NCBI GenBank assembly: GCA_034780895.1
Contig: JAUZTB010000107.1
Coordinates: forward strand, 63,378,413 to 63,442,412
Origin: Rhynchobatus australiae
Lineage: Eukaryota
Direction: 5' to 3'
Length of the DNA stretch: 64,000 bases
Numbering within the stretch: the first letter of the stretch is position 1; every line of letters starts with the position of its first letter. The notes under the pieces are model-generated. The model had not been told where the DNA came from. It did no database searches and saw only the letters and a program-made list of their open reading frames with translations. Positions 37,277-50,643 of this stretch are shown here, piece by piece. A program made the position numbers and the translations under genes.

Positions 37277-38476
37277 CTATAAGACATAGGAGCAGAATTA
37301 TGCCACTCAGCCCATTGAGTCTGCTCCACCATTTGATCATGGCTGACTTATTTTTTCCTCTGAACCCCATTTTCCTGCCTTCTCCCCCTAACCTTTGATG
37401 CCCTTACTAATCAAGAATCTATCAGCCTCGACTTCAAATATACCCAATGACTTGGCTGCCACAACTGTCTGTGGCAATGAATTCCACAGACTCACCACGC
37501 TCTGGCTCAAGAAATTCCTCCTTATCTCAATTCTAAAGGGATGTCCTTTTATTCTGAGGCTCTGTTCTCTGGTCCTTGACTCTCCCACTACTGGAAACAT
37601 CCTCTCCATGTCCACTCTATCCAGGCCTTTCAATATTCAGTANNNNNNNNNNNNNNNTCAGTAGGTTTCAATGAGATTCCCCCCTCATCCTTCTAAGCTC
37701 CAATGAGTGCAGGTCCAGAGCCACCAAATGCTCCTCATATGTTAACTCTTTCATTCCCGGGATCATTCTCGTAAACCTACTCTGAACCCTCTTCAACACC
37801 AGCACATTGTTCTTACATATAGGGCCCAAAACTGCTCACCATACTCCAAATGTGGTCTGACAAATGCCTTATAAAGCCTCAGCATTACATTCTTGTTTTT
37901 ATATTCTAGTCCTCTCAAAAGGAATGCTAACATTGCATTTGCCTTCCTTACTACCGACTCAACATGCAAGTTCACCTTTAGGGAAACATGCACTAGGACT
38001 CCCAAGTCCCTTTGCACCTCTGGTTTCTGAATTCTCTCCCCATTTAGAAAATAGTCTACACCTTAATTCTGTCTGCCAGAGTGCATGACCATATACTTCC
38101 CTATGCTGTATTCTACCTGCCCTTCCACCTACCTTTGCATCATCTGCAAATTTGGCCACAAAGCCATCAATCTTGTCATCCAGATCATTAATATATAACG
38201 AGAAAAGTAGTGGACCAACACTGATCCCTGCGGATCACCACTAGTCACTGGCAGCCAGAAAAGACCCCCTTTATTCCCACTCCTTGCCTTCTGCCAGCCA
38301 GCCAATCTCCTATCTGTGCTGTACCTTTCCTGTAATACCATGGCCTCCTATCTTGTTTCGCAGCCTCATGTGTGGCACCTTGTCGAAGGCCTTCTGAAAA
38401 TCCAAGTGAACAACATCCCACTGACACTCATTTGTCTATGCTGCTTGTTACTTCCTCAAAGAATTCCAACAGATTT
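37277..38476 (-). mobile_element. CR1 LINE 3' 1.2 kb (RT C-terminus and tail)
   Basis: ORFs AKFADDAKVGG; QRDLGVLVHVSLKVNLHVESVVRKANAMLAF; KGLDRVDMERMFPVVGESRTR; tail ataagacataggagcagaatta. Confidence 0.95.
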
Positions 38477-38769
38477 ATACGTGTATTCTACACACTTCAT
38501 CAGCACTGGTCTGATTCATGCTGAAGTTAGATTTGCAGTTACCAAAATGTTATTTCTGGATTGCATGAGCAAGTGATTTCTGATTTTCATTTGTTATACA
38601 ACACCAGTGCTATTTTTTTCTTATCTTGGTTCCTATGTGGAGTAAAGTTTGCATGATGTAGTTTAAACTCCAGTTTGGGTCTGTTTATAAATTCAAAGGC
38701 TCATTCTTAGCTGCTGATACGATGTCATCCCTTGAAGCCATTAAGTCTTTTATAACATTCCCCATCTCA

Positions 38770-39845
38770 CTAATATTACTTGGGGTCCATTTAATAGAAC
38801 CGCATGGCAGAAAGATCAAGAAAGTAAAAGTTAATTGGATTTCATGGAAAGTGGTAAGTTGGCTTTAAGATTGGCTTAATGAGAGAAAGCAAAGGGTCAT
38901 GGTTAATAGGAGTCTTATTAAGTGGGGGCCTGTTTACATGAGAGTTCCACAGGGCTCAGTATTAAACCCCTGCTTTTCAGGGTGCATCTATATGATATGG
39001 ATCTGGAATCATTGTCGGAGTTGCCAAAGGTGGCAGAGTGATTAATAGCGAGGAAGGAAAACTAAGCTGAGTATGTGGGCATAAAAATGACAAATTGGCT
39101 TGAATCCAGAGAGGTGTGTGGTAATACAAATAAGGAGCAGAACACACAATGAATGTTAGGAAATTAAGAAGCGTAAAGGAATAGAAGGATCTTGGAATCC
39201 ATATCCACAGTTCTCTGAAGGCAGCAGGTAGGTAGTTAAGAAAGCACACAGGAAACCTGTCTTTATTGGATGCAACATAAAATACAAGAGCATGGAGGTT
39301 GCATGACAACTATTGAAAATATTAGTTAGGCAACAGTTAGAACACAGTGTAGAGCCCTCATCAACATAGTCCAGGAAGGATGTGATAGCATTAGAGAGGG
39401 TGCAGAGGAGATTTACAAGGTTGTTCCCAGCACTTGAGAGTTAGAGGAGAAATCACTGAGGCTGGGCTGTTTCTTTGAAATAAAAGAGAGGAGGGGAGAA
39501 TGAATTAATTGAGGTAAGTAATATTATGGATGGCCTCAATGGTATGAAAAGAAAAGGTCTATTTCCTTTAGTACACACGTCAACAACCAGGGAAGCATGT
39601 ATCTAAGTTAATTGACAGGAGGAACAGAGAGGAGTTGGGTAAAAATGTTTACATTTGGTGAGTTATGGGAGTCTTGAACTCTGTCCATACAGGTAGCACA
39701 GAAATTTTAAAAATACCTGGATGTGACCAATTGAAGGGCCAGTACTTAAACCAAGAGCTGGAAGCTGGATTAATCTAAATAGTTCATTATCGGCCAACAT
39801 ACACATGATGAGTTGAATGGCTTCCTTCAATTCTGTAAAACCAAT
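38770..39845 (+). mobile_element. Decayed CR1 LINE
   Basis: gagttccacagggctcagtatt (GVPQGSVL); gatagcattagagagggtgcagaggagatttacaagg (ALERVQRRFTR). Confidence 0.8.
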
Positions 39846-40734
39846 TAACCATATTAAGTTAAGCCTCAATGTGCAGGGTTCAGGTCCGAGAAAACTGTTT
39901 CCATAACTATAGTAGAGGAGCATGAGTCAAGAGCTAGAGTCAGCTCTCACTTCATGCCTTTTGGTGTATGATTCCTCGTACCGTGAATAAATTGGCACTT
40001 GCATCTGTGCGAGGACTATTCAGCATGCAACTTGACTTAACCATCTGCCAGATGATTATTACATGATACTCAAGAAGCTTACACCCTGGAAGAAGCACAA
40101 ATGGAAATGTCACTCGAGGTTAAGATTCAACTTGGGCCTGCCAGCTGGCAGCTGAGCGCTTGAGCATGATTATTACTATTGTTCCAACATGCCCTCTCAC
40201 TGACTCACTGAATTGCTGATACCTTCCCATTTCTCAATTGATTGCGTGTGTCACTGCAGTGATGAATGTTAATGTTATTTGAAATCATTGCAGCTATGTC
40301 AAAAGGGTGTTAGCAATCTCTTAACCTTTCTGTTTGCTCTCTTTTGCCCCACTGTTGGNNNNNNNNNNNNNNNNNNNNNNNNNNNNNNNNNNNNNNNNNN
40401 NNNNNNNNNNNNNNNNNNNNNNNNNNNNNNNNNNNNNNNNNNNNNNNNNNNNNNNNNNCAGATGATTACTTTCCACTATGGTCAGTCGATAGCTGTTTTG
40501 CTGATTGTTCGCTTCTGGCTCACTGTTGATCTGTTGATAACTTTGTTTGGCATCATTTATATTGGCTGTGTTTTGGCTCTTTAATAGTTCCTTCAATTGT
40601 CAGTACCACTTGTATTTGCCTGACTGGAAAAGCAGTTAAAGTCACTGTCTATTCTGAAATTATGTCTGAATATGTCTTTGACTGCTGCAGCCTACATTGG
40701 CACCCTGAACAGTGCATCATAACCCATGGAAGGT

Positions 40735-41115
40735 AAGACTTGCATTAATATAGCATCCTCCATGACATCTTCAAACCAATAGTGTACTTTCTGAAGCAGG
40801 CTCTCTGCTGTAATGTAGAGAATGTGGCAGCGTATATACGCACATCAAGCTCTCTGGTAGTGAACAGATAATCAGTTTTATTGATTAAAGGATAATTATT
40901 GCACAGAAAACCAGGAATATTCTCTGCACCTGCTTCATAGCGTGCTGTGGAATCTTTCACCCAAGANNNNNNNNGAAAGAGTAACATGGCATCCAGAAGA
41001 CAGAATCTCTGACTGGCCCAGCATGCCCTCAATACTGCACTCGAATGTCGGCCTAAGATTTTGTGCTCAAATCTCTGGAGTGGGATTTGTGTCTCACCAA
41101 TCATAGCTACCACTG
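40735..41115 (-). mobile_element. Deu-domain SINE
   Basis: aagacttgcattaatatagc...ctgtaatgtagagaatgtggcagc...gatttgtgctcaaatctctggagtgggattt. Confidence 0.6.
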
Positions 41116-42899
41116 CATCAATTCTGACATTGGAAGACTACACACCAACTCAGATGATGTGTGGTGCCATTGCACAGCAATAAGTTAGCTCTTGAAAAAT
41201 GTATTATTGGATATTTAACTTGATGGCGAAGTTTCTACCACTTAATAAGAAAGGAAAGTTTTGTGTCCCTTGTGCTGATATGCCATGACCTAATTCCCAT
41301 TTAAGACCATGTGTCTGATGTGCATAATGAATTTGGNNNNNNNNNNNNNNNNNNNNNNNNNNNNNNNNNTCTCTAAATCAAATTTGCTTTGAGTAGATAT
41401 GTGGCCCAAACTTGGGTATGAAAGCTAAAATTCTCTAAGGAAGATCAGGAAGGGAGGTCTGGCCTACTAAAGCAGAAAGCTGTCAAATGCTGAAGTAAGG
41501 TTTCAAATTAATTTCAGTGACAGCTACTACTTTGCCTGTGGCTGTATAAGCGACAGGTGCAATCCATTTGCAGGCACCTTAGGGCGATTATAGAGGCATT
41601 GTACAATCAACTATATCCACCTGAACATCCAAGGTGATTGATGTACTGACCACAAGGGGCTGGCAAATGCATCCATTTTCTCTGAACTCCAGCAATTCAG
41701 ATCCCTATGTTGCTGGGTTTGTCCAAGTGTTGAGCGTAATACTCCAAAACTTCCTTCAAATCCAGTGGTGAGTGTTAATTTTCATCGGCAGTTGAAACCT
41801 CAGACACAAGCTTGCAAAGAGCACCCGACTCCAAAGTTCACACATGACTCCATCACTTTTAATTAACTTTATGCTCCTGGCCTATTTGAACAGGCACCCT
41901 GCAAAGCCAACGTTTGGATCAGTTTCAGAGGGAGCTAAAAGTTGAAGAAGTTGTCCATTTTATATCACAACAAGCACAAAAATGCAATCACTCTTTTATC
42001 ATTCTACTTCTGGAGCATGTTCACTCTCTGAATAATTCTGAGAGTGTATCTGCATTAACCAAAGTGTGGAAAAGTGACTGTTGAATCAAGAGGAGGAACA
42101 ACCACCCCAATGGCACCAAGATTCTCTCTGTGTCTTGGCATTGTGTTTACAGCCATGGAAATGGGCATCTGTGATGTGAAATGTGCAGAATTCACATTTC
42201 AGTCAAAGAAGTACTGCTCAGCAAGGTCATGGCCTGTCAAAGCAGTTGCTGCATTCTGCACATCTAGAGATCTTAACAAAATACTGCTGGGAATTTCAAA
42301 AATCATGAATCATCCAGATTTGCCTGTAAAGTTTAACAGCATCCTCATGGCCATACAAGGATTATTGTTCTAGCACGCAGCAGGAAGCTGGGATGCAGCA
42401 CGCATTGGTAAATGTTTTATGTGTCATTTATAAATTATCAACACAATACCGAAACCCATAATATAATGCAAAGCAACTTCCCTCTGTTCTGCATTTTTAC
42501 AGAGATCCGTAACTTCTTCTCACTGCATAATTTTTTGTTAAACTTTTCTCCTTCTTCTTTGCATAGTTGTATAAATACATAACTTGAATCATGATTCCTT
42601 CTTGGAAGTAGAAAGCATTTGAACTAATGCAAAACTGCAGCTAGGGAGAACATATTTGCAATAGTATGTGTGAATCATTTATTAGAATCAGCTCAATAGA
42701 CACGCAAATTCTATAAATAACATGTTAAGTCGATCTAGTTTGAAGTGAACAAACCTTCATGCTCACATAGAAAGCAAGGCTCCCAAAAGCTAGTACATAA
42801 GTGAGATCCTGCACCTCATCATGAAAAACTTATGACTATGGTGAATTGAAAGGGCAAACTGCATAGGATGAAACATAGAATGCAAAAGAATTATAACAT

Positions 42900-43395
42900 G
42901 CTGCATACAGTGCTCACCATATGCTTTCTCCATCTTTGGAGAAACCATGCGGCAGTTAAGTGACCACTGTAGAACGCTGCTGTTCAGTCTGCAAGGATGA
43001 TTTGCGTTTCCAGTTGCCTGTCACTTTAACTCTCCATTCCACTCCCTCTCTGACCTTTGGCCTCCAACACTGTTCCAACGAAGCTCAGCGTGAGCTCAAA
43101 GAACTGCATTTTATCCAGTCTTTCTGGCTCAACATTAAAAACAACAATTTCAAATAATCAGCCATTCTAGTAATTTGCATTTCAACTCCATTTTTGATTT
43201 CTTCCCTGTCCTTCTGGTAATTCAGATTTAATGCACTCCTAGTTGCACCTCTCACAGATGTAACTTCACTCCTATATTTCAGCCAGCACCATGACCACTC
43301 TGTGCCATCCATTCTCTCTGTATCTCAACCCTACTAAAGACCTTCCCTTTTGTTCCAGACACAACAGTTTCTCTGCAACTTAAAATAGGTTTTAT
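42900..43395 (+). mobile_element. Penelope GIY-YIG C-terminal fragment
   Basis: ccagttgcctgtcactttaactc...ggcctccaacactgttccaacgaagctcagcgtgagctc (PVACHFNS..GLQHCSNEAQR.L). Confidence 0.7.
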
Positions 43396-43404
43396 TTTGA
43401 ACCT

Positions 43405-43985
43405 TTTGGTAATCAGTTTGTTATTGTCACATGTGCCAAGAAACAGTGAAAAACTTTGTTTTGCACAACGTCAAGACAGATCATTCCAAAAGCAAGTAAA
43501 TCGAGGTAGTACAGACGAAAACAATAACAAAATGCAGAATATAGTGTTACAGTTACAGAGAAAATGCAGTGCAGGTAGACAAATATGGTGCAAGGGCCAG
43601 GATGAGATAGACTGAGAGAGCAAGAGTGAATCTTTATCATACAAAATGTACATTCAAGGGTCCTATAACAGCGGGACAAAAGCTGTCCTTGAGCCTGCTG
43701 GTATGTGTTTTCAAGCTTTTTGTATCCTCTGCCTGATGGAATGGGGGAGAAGAGAGAATGCCTGGGATGCAAGGGGTCTCTGATTATGTCAGCTACTTCC
43801 CCAATGCAGCGTGAAGTGTAGACAGTTGCACAGTTTTGCATTACTTCAAACAGTGGGGAGACTGGTTTTTCAAAGTCAAGTTTATTGCCATATGCACCCA
43901 TATGCACAAGTACATGTATGCACAGGTGCAATGAAAAACTTGCTTGCAGCAGCATCACAGGCACATAGCTTCATATAAGCAGCAA
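43405..43985 (-). mobile_element. Rex1 3' end plus a second Rex1-type tail
   Basis: YTSRCIGEVADIIRDPLHPRHSLFSPIPSGRGYK; same tail as at 8.1 kb. Confidence 0.85.
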
Positions 43986-44959
43986 ATGATTGACTGGTCT
44001 ATACTCACAACCCTCTGTGTTAATTCTCTTTCTCTCACCACATGTGCTATTGGTTCCTGCTGAATATTTCCAATCTCTTCTGTTTTCATTTTGGATTTCC
44101 ATCATAAGCAATACTTTACTTTTGGATAGGGTGAAATGAGTCTGGAAATCAATTTATGGAGAACAGATCCTACAGTCCACTGTATTTGGAATTTGACGTA
44201 GAAAAAGATATCTGACGTGAAGAAAAATAAGCAATAGGGTTCAAAGAAGAAAAGATTCACATGCTTATATCTTGAAACCTTACACCCAGTGCTCTGCTCT
44301 CAACATGCTGACACTTCTGTTCAGTAAATTTGGACCAGAAATCTAGTAAATATTTTTGGTTTTGTCTTGTGTTGGTCTGGGAATTTGAATGGGGTTTAAA
44401 AATTCTGAAGATGGAAAGAACTGCTGCCATTAAATATAAGCATGAATAGTTTATTGGTCCAACTGTTTCACTAATGTAATTCAGGGAAGAAAGCCTGAAT
44501 CCTTACCCATTCTGCCAACAGAGTGGAATCCTAACTGCCTTTTGAATTGGCTGAGTAGACATTTATGGCAGTACCTCGATGAAGATTCCAGAATTTAAGA
44601 AAAATTTGCGGCCTTCCCAGCTCAATGCCAATATCCCAAGTATAAATGAAGAAAAAATTGTGGAAGCCAAGTTAGATGTAGGAAAGACCAATAGACACTG
44701 ATGAGATAAGCAATTCCCTTTGATGGTTGAGGGATACTCATTCACAAAGCGTAAGAAGAACTTCCCTTTGATGACTTCTTTACCCCCACATGAACCCCAT
44801 AGCCTCAGTTTAGCAGCTCATCTGAAAGCGAAACTCCTTCACAGTTGAAGATTGATCAAGTGAAAAGTGAAAGTTTTATTGGGCTTTTATTAGAATTAAA
44901 TATTACACAAACAAAAGGGTAAATGGAGTCAAGATCTGGTTAAACATGATTTGAATAGA

Positions 44960-45240
44960 AAAGTGACCCAGATTCAATCGTGACTTCCAATGCGATCTGT
45001 ATGGATTTTCCCTGTGACCACTTAGGTTTACTCTAGGTTCTCTGGTTTCCTCGTCATCGCAAAGGTATTTGAATGACTGATTAATTGACCACAGTAAATT
45101 GCCCCTAGTATTCATGTAGCTGGTGGAATTGATGGGGATTTTGGAATAATTGGTCAGAGAAAATTAATGGGAGAATGGTATTGCTCTGGGAGCTGGCTAA
45201 GACTCAATACTCAAATGTCCTCTATATTTTAAGGAAACAT
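44960..45240 (+). mobile_element. HE1-type SINE
   Basis: gtgacccagattcaatcgtgac...ccctgtgacc...ctctggtttcctc...ttaattgaccacagtaaattgccccta. Confidence 0.75.
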
Positions 45241-47949
45241 GGAATTTGCTGTAAAGCACTTTAAGTGTCTACCCATGAATTCAAGGAGTGGTGCACTGAC
45301 ATTGAATTCTTAAGTCTTGCAATGCAACATTTTTACAGGTGAATTAGTAAGAAATCAGCCTTGCCTGAATGTTGAGCATTTATTGTTTATTGCGAACCAT
45401 TCTTGAAGAGATGGGGGTTGAGCGACTATAATTTGTGCTCTGAAAGTACTCACTGCTGAGCTGTGATCTTTAGGATTATAGCTAAGTGACAAACTACGAA
45501 AATAAATTTCTGTGTCAGTGTAGTGTGTGACCTGGAAGCCAGCATGCAGCTTATGCCAATCCTATGCATCTGTTGCTCTTCTTTGTCAAAGTGGTGGAAG
45601 TTGCAGGTTTGGGAGATTCCATTGGAAAACCATGTTGAGTTGATGCAGTGCATCTTGTGGATAGGATGCACAGGATGGACTGCTGCATAATGTGTGGATT
45701 TCCTCATGAAGCTAAACTGTGCAAGAGCAGACACTCTCATCCCCTTTGAATTCTACTCTTTTGTCTGTGCTTGAATTAAGGCTAAAATGATGTAGAGAAC
45801 TGAGTGGTTCTTGGATAATATGAACTTAAGGGTCAGTGAACAGGTTTTCAGTGAGTGAGGTTCACTCAATGCCTTGATCAATGGCTCTGCTGATGAGTGG
45901 ATTTATCCAGCTTTGCAGACAAGGTTTGNNNNNNNNNNNNNNNNNNNNNNNNNNNNNNNNNNNNNNNNNNNNGCCTCTCCAGATGTATGGCTGTAAAAAG
46001 TCTTCAGTGCTACTGCTGGGATGTTATTGACATAGTTACTGTAAACAATATGCTAAGACATCTCTTGCTGTCAAGTGGATTGGATCAGATTGGCTAACAA
46101 GTGCCTTTTGTGATGGGCAAGGTGTTCGGGAGGAAGGCAAAATAAATCATTCACTTCTGGGTGAGGATGTTTTCTCGACATTTAACATTCAGGTACTGGT
46201 ATCAAAGGGATGTTCATGGAGCCTCTTCATCTCATTGTTTGATTGTCCATCACTGTTGAAGACTCGATGTTGCCTGACTGCAGAGTTTGGAGCTGATTGA
46301 TCAATTGTGCAAAGTTAAAGGTAAAAGGAAGGATGTGCTGAACCATGCAGTTCTAAGTTGAGGTGGAAATGCTTTTACTGCTGCTGATAGACCAAAGTAA
46401 CTCTTCAATGTCCAGTTTTGAGGTGGTAGATGAGATCATTTAAAATGCTGGCAAAGTTAGACAATAAGGTCAGGATACCTTGCCTCAACAAGTATTGTGT
46501 GGTGATCATTCCAGCCAGCACTGCACTGGACAAATTGTCTCTGCTACAGGTAGGCTGAGAAGGACGAAATCAAGTTGGAACTTCAATAGTGTTGAGTCTT
46601 TTACCATCTGTGATTGGACCAGGCTGGCAGTTGTACCTTCAAAGCTTGGCCAGATTGGAGACTGTTGTCCATTAAGCCGCTCTTGACAATGGACTCTGAA
46701 GCCCTTCCAGATCCCGTTCTTTGCTATCTTCCATGTTTCTTCCAAGCAGGTGAAACGTGACCCTAAATACTCAACCTTCTGACGCCAAGGTAAGTGTGCT
46801 GCCAGCTGAGCCAAACTAACAAATGACAGGCAATTACCTCAATGTTGTAATTTGTGTCTACGATCGGCAATTACTTTAGACTGCAGGATGTGGCTGGCTC
46901 TGTGCCTGCTGTTTTCCACTGCCAGGGAGAATAATCGAGGAGGTTTTCTCCAGTAGCTTCACACAAGTTGCACCATTCCATGGAATTTCAAGCCATAAAA
47001 CTTAAGCCGCACAAGTTCTTTTCAGTGGAGAGGGCAACAACTGTCAGCTAAACTTGTGAAGTGACCCAGAAATGCTGCTCAATGTAATGGGGACAGATCA
47101 AAAATATTACAGCAGGTTTAGAAATGTAGATATAATTACAAGCAGCTGCAAAATATCATTCATCATCTAACTTTATTGCGGCGGACCTGAATAATAAAAA
47201 GTATTTTCTTTTTCCCACCTCAATTAGGAAGATTTTGCTTTATTTCTGGCTCTGTCCTACAAAAAAGTTAAGCTCTTAAAATGGCATATTAAGTTGTCAC
47301 TATGTAACACACCTACAGCAGTTTTGGTTGTATCCCTGCCCAGTGGCTCCAGAGGCCCAAGACACCAGGTGCTCAGAAAGCCCCTTACTCACCTTCCTTC
47401 AGGCACCGCACGATTGTGGAGGAAACACACAGATGTCCAGAGGTGTGCCTGGTCCAAGGGGTAGCAGGGGGAGAGAGACCCACATCTCAGGAGTTGGAAT
47501 GGGATGATCAGGGCCTGGAAGGACACGTGGGAGAGAGTACAGTGGTAGAAAGTTCAGTGGTGGCCTGGGAGGGTTGATTGGTGGGGCAGATCACTGGAAA
47601 ATTGGTGGGTGGGAATATTAGCTTGGGAGGCATGTGGGTGGACATCAGTGCAATTGAATTGAAGAGAGCCTACCCAACTTTGGTTGGGAGTTGCTCAGGA
47701 AGGACCACTGCAAATAATATTTGTTGTTTTTGGAGCACCCAACACAGGCATCATTTGGAACAACATGACCTAATTTCCCAGCAATATTCTAATGGAAATT
47801 GCACTGGGATTGCTGTCAGTAAATGTACATTTGATATACAAATCATTAAAAATTCATTCTACTTTTTCTTCTAAAGAACCTCTCACCACAAATTCTGTGA
47901 TTCAAGAAAGAATCCATGAGGTTGCAGCATTGAGTGGCATTTGTCTGCA

Positions 47950-49620
47950 AATTGTTAGCTCCCTCCAAAGGCGCTCTACTCTCCTCCTGCCATGACTGCA
48001 TTGGGAAGTTCTGGCAAGCCAGGAAAATCCAGTGCATAACTGCCTACAGATTCACTCAGGAAGGAAACCGTGATGCTGAGTGCATATATTGTGATAGGAC
48101 CTTGATACATTGTTGTGGCAGGTACTGCCATTAGTGAACGCCCTNNNNNNNNNNNNNNNNNNNNNNNNNNNNNNNNNNNNNNNNNNNNNNNNNNNNNNNN
48201 NNNNNNNNNNNNNNNNNNNNNNNNNNNNNNNNNNNNNNNNNNNNGCCATTAGTGAACGCCCTTCATAAAAAACATGCTCTGCTCATAGCTACACCTCAAT
48301 TTATTTGTTGATGCTAGCAACTGAATGAAAGGAACCTACAATCATTATTCATGAACTGGAAGAACTTCTATTCCATGAATACGCAGATGTTCGGCAACCA
48401 GAAAAGATTTTCATGCAGATGCGCATAAGATTCCCCAGATGATACCATCATCCCTCAACAATGCCCCTTCTCTGATATCTTTGACCTCAGAGCAAGCTGA
48501 CCACCTGCCTGCTTAAAGATGACATGCCTTGAGGAACACAACCAGTGAAGCCAAGAAAGGTATAACTAAACCTTGTTGACAACAAGAGTGTTACTGGCAA
48601 AGCCATCAACATCCTGAGGAATCATTTCAGCTACAGACACAAACACTGCAGATGCTGGAAATGTGGAGCAACACACAAAGAACACTTGAGGAACTCAGCA
48701 GGTCAGGCAGCACCTATGGAGGGAAATGAACAGTCAACGTATCGGGCCGAGACCCTTCATCAGGACTGGAAAGAAAGAGGACAGAAGCCAGAATAAAATG
48801 GTGGGGGGAGGGAGAGGATCATGAGCTGGCAGGTGATTGGTGAATCCAAGTGAGAGGGGAGATTATAAGTAGGTGAGTGGGGGGGGGTGGTGAAGTGGGA
48901 ATGATGTGAGATGATGGGAGGTGAAAGGTGGAAGAGGCAAATAGCTGAAGAAGATAGAATCTGATAGGAGAGGACAGTGGACCATGGAATAAAGGGAAGG
49001 AGGTGGGGAACCAGAGGGAGGAAGGTGTGAGTGATGGGCAGGGGAAGGGAAAGAGATGATGGGGCCAGAGGGATAAGGGAAAACAAAGGGAGGGGGTCTA
49101 GCGGGGAGTGGTTACTGGAAACTAGAGAAATCAATGTTGATGCCGTCAGGTTGGAGGCTGCCAAGAAGAAATAGGAGGTGTTGTTACTCCAATCTGTGTC
49201 GAGCCTCAACTTGGTGGTAGGGGAGGCCGTGGACAGCCATGTCAGTGTGGGAATGGGAAGTGGAATTAAAATGGCTGTCCACCTGGAGATCCTGGCTGTT
49301 ACGGCAGACTGAGAAAAGGTGCTCAGTGAAGCGATTTCCCTCAATCTGCATCAGGTCTCACCGATGTAGAGGAGAGAGCCCCGGATGCAATAAATGCCAT
49401 CGATAGAGTTATTTTAGTTGCCTCGATTACAGGCTAACCTCCATACTCACCAGTGTTATCCAGTGTTATTTTTCAGTGAATAGGGTCAGGCTGTTGGAGA
49501 CATCCAGAATCTTTTCAGAGGATGAGGAGGAAAGAAGGAGGTTGATGCATGCGATACAACAGGATCAGGCTAATATACAAACCAGAATGGTCTCATTACT
49601 CTGAGATTCATTCAGGCTCT
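47950..49620 (+). mobile_element. Decayed PIF/Harbinger (HARBI1-like) transposase, interrupted by a Penelope
   Basis: F.NQKRF (~48390), RFPR (~48430), RNTTSEAK..TTRV..KAINILRNHFS (~48530-48630); resumes after the Penelope with CLD...YSP...RV and an acidic tail (~49415-49540). Confidence 0.6.
48633..49410 (-). mobile_element. Penelope-like retroelement 3' part (GIY-YIG C-terminus and terminus with hammerhead-like core)
   Basis: Minus reading HFNSTSHSHTDMAVHGL...LGSLQPDGINIDFSSF; terminus cagtcCTGATGAagggtctcggcccGATAcgttgactg. Confidence 0.88.
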
Positions 49621-50419
49621 TTCAGTCTACCTATCTGACATCCAGAAGTCAAGTATTTTTCCCTAACAGTCCCATCCAGTGACAAAACACATTACAGTCC
49701 TGCAACAGGTAAGTTACATGGGAAAATACTCACAACGTTCTTACTGGACCCACTGAGATGTAAGTGCATGGTAGGCGTGAAGCCTGTTACAGTGACCCCT
49801 TTGAGCATCTACTTCTGAGGTGCAGTCATCATCCTGCTGTAAGTCTTGAGTGTCAGGTCGTAGGTCCTATCAGAGATTGAAGTCTAATGAGAACTGTCTT
49901 TTATACGTTTAATATTTTGCACGTAATCCTTTTTTCACTTGCTGCTGACCTCGGAATTACTTGAGTGAGTATATATCTATAGTGGCTGGATGATAAAGAA
50001 CTCTGTCACTTGGTCACTGGGAGGCTTCCATCCTACTACCATGGCCAGGTATTCAGACATTCTGGTTACCTCTACCATGGCTGATGCTTGTACAGTTTTG
50101 AGGGGTGACATTTGTGGGAGGCCATCTTGAGTTCTCTGCCTTGCCCTAGTATGGTGCTTTCTTCTCTCATGAGGAAACAAAAAGACCTGTGAGTAAGTAT
50201 CTATTTATTAAAGATATGAGTGGAGAATATTTATTGAAGGTGACCGGGGGGGAGAACTATGACATTGCATAAAGCAAAGATCAAATGTCAGTTGTGGCTG
50301 GAAGATGGGAATATGAGGAATTTCATGAGGAGTGATGTACTAAAGTGGGTTTAAGTGGGTAGATTGGAGGAACTGGAATAACGTACTTCAGGATTTGGGT
50401 TAGCATGTCACTGTATTCA

Positions 50420-50643
50420 TTGTTACTGGTGTGAAGAAATCATTGAACTTCCTTTCACATGGAATCTCAGAGTATGGTGCCAGACCTTACTTCTGCTTAG
50501 CTCAAGAAATGGTCTTGATGGCATCAGCGTCTGCCTCCCACCTGCAGGAAAGTTAATGTTGCTGCTGGTTAGTAGACCCCAGCATGACATGTAGCAAGGA
50601 GCCGCTGAACTTGGTGCTGCCCTGCCTCTGTTCCTGCCTTCCA
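50420..50643 (-). mobile_element. Harbinger ORF2 (Myb/SANT-like) remnant, convergent with the transposase
   Basis: RGRAAP..., FPAGGRQ, and aggaagttcaatgatttc (RKFNDF) on the minus strand. Confidence 0.55.
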
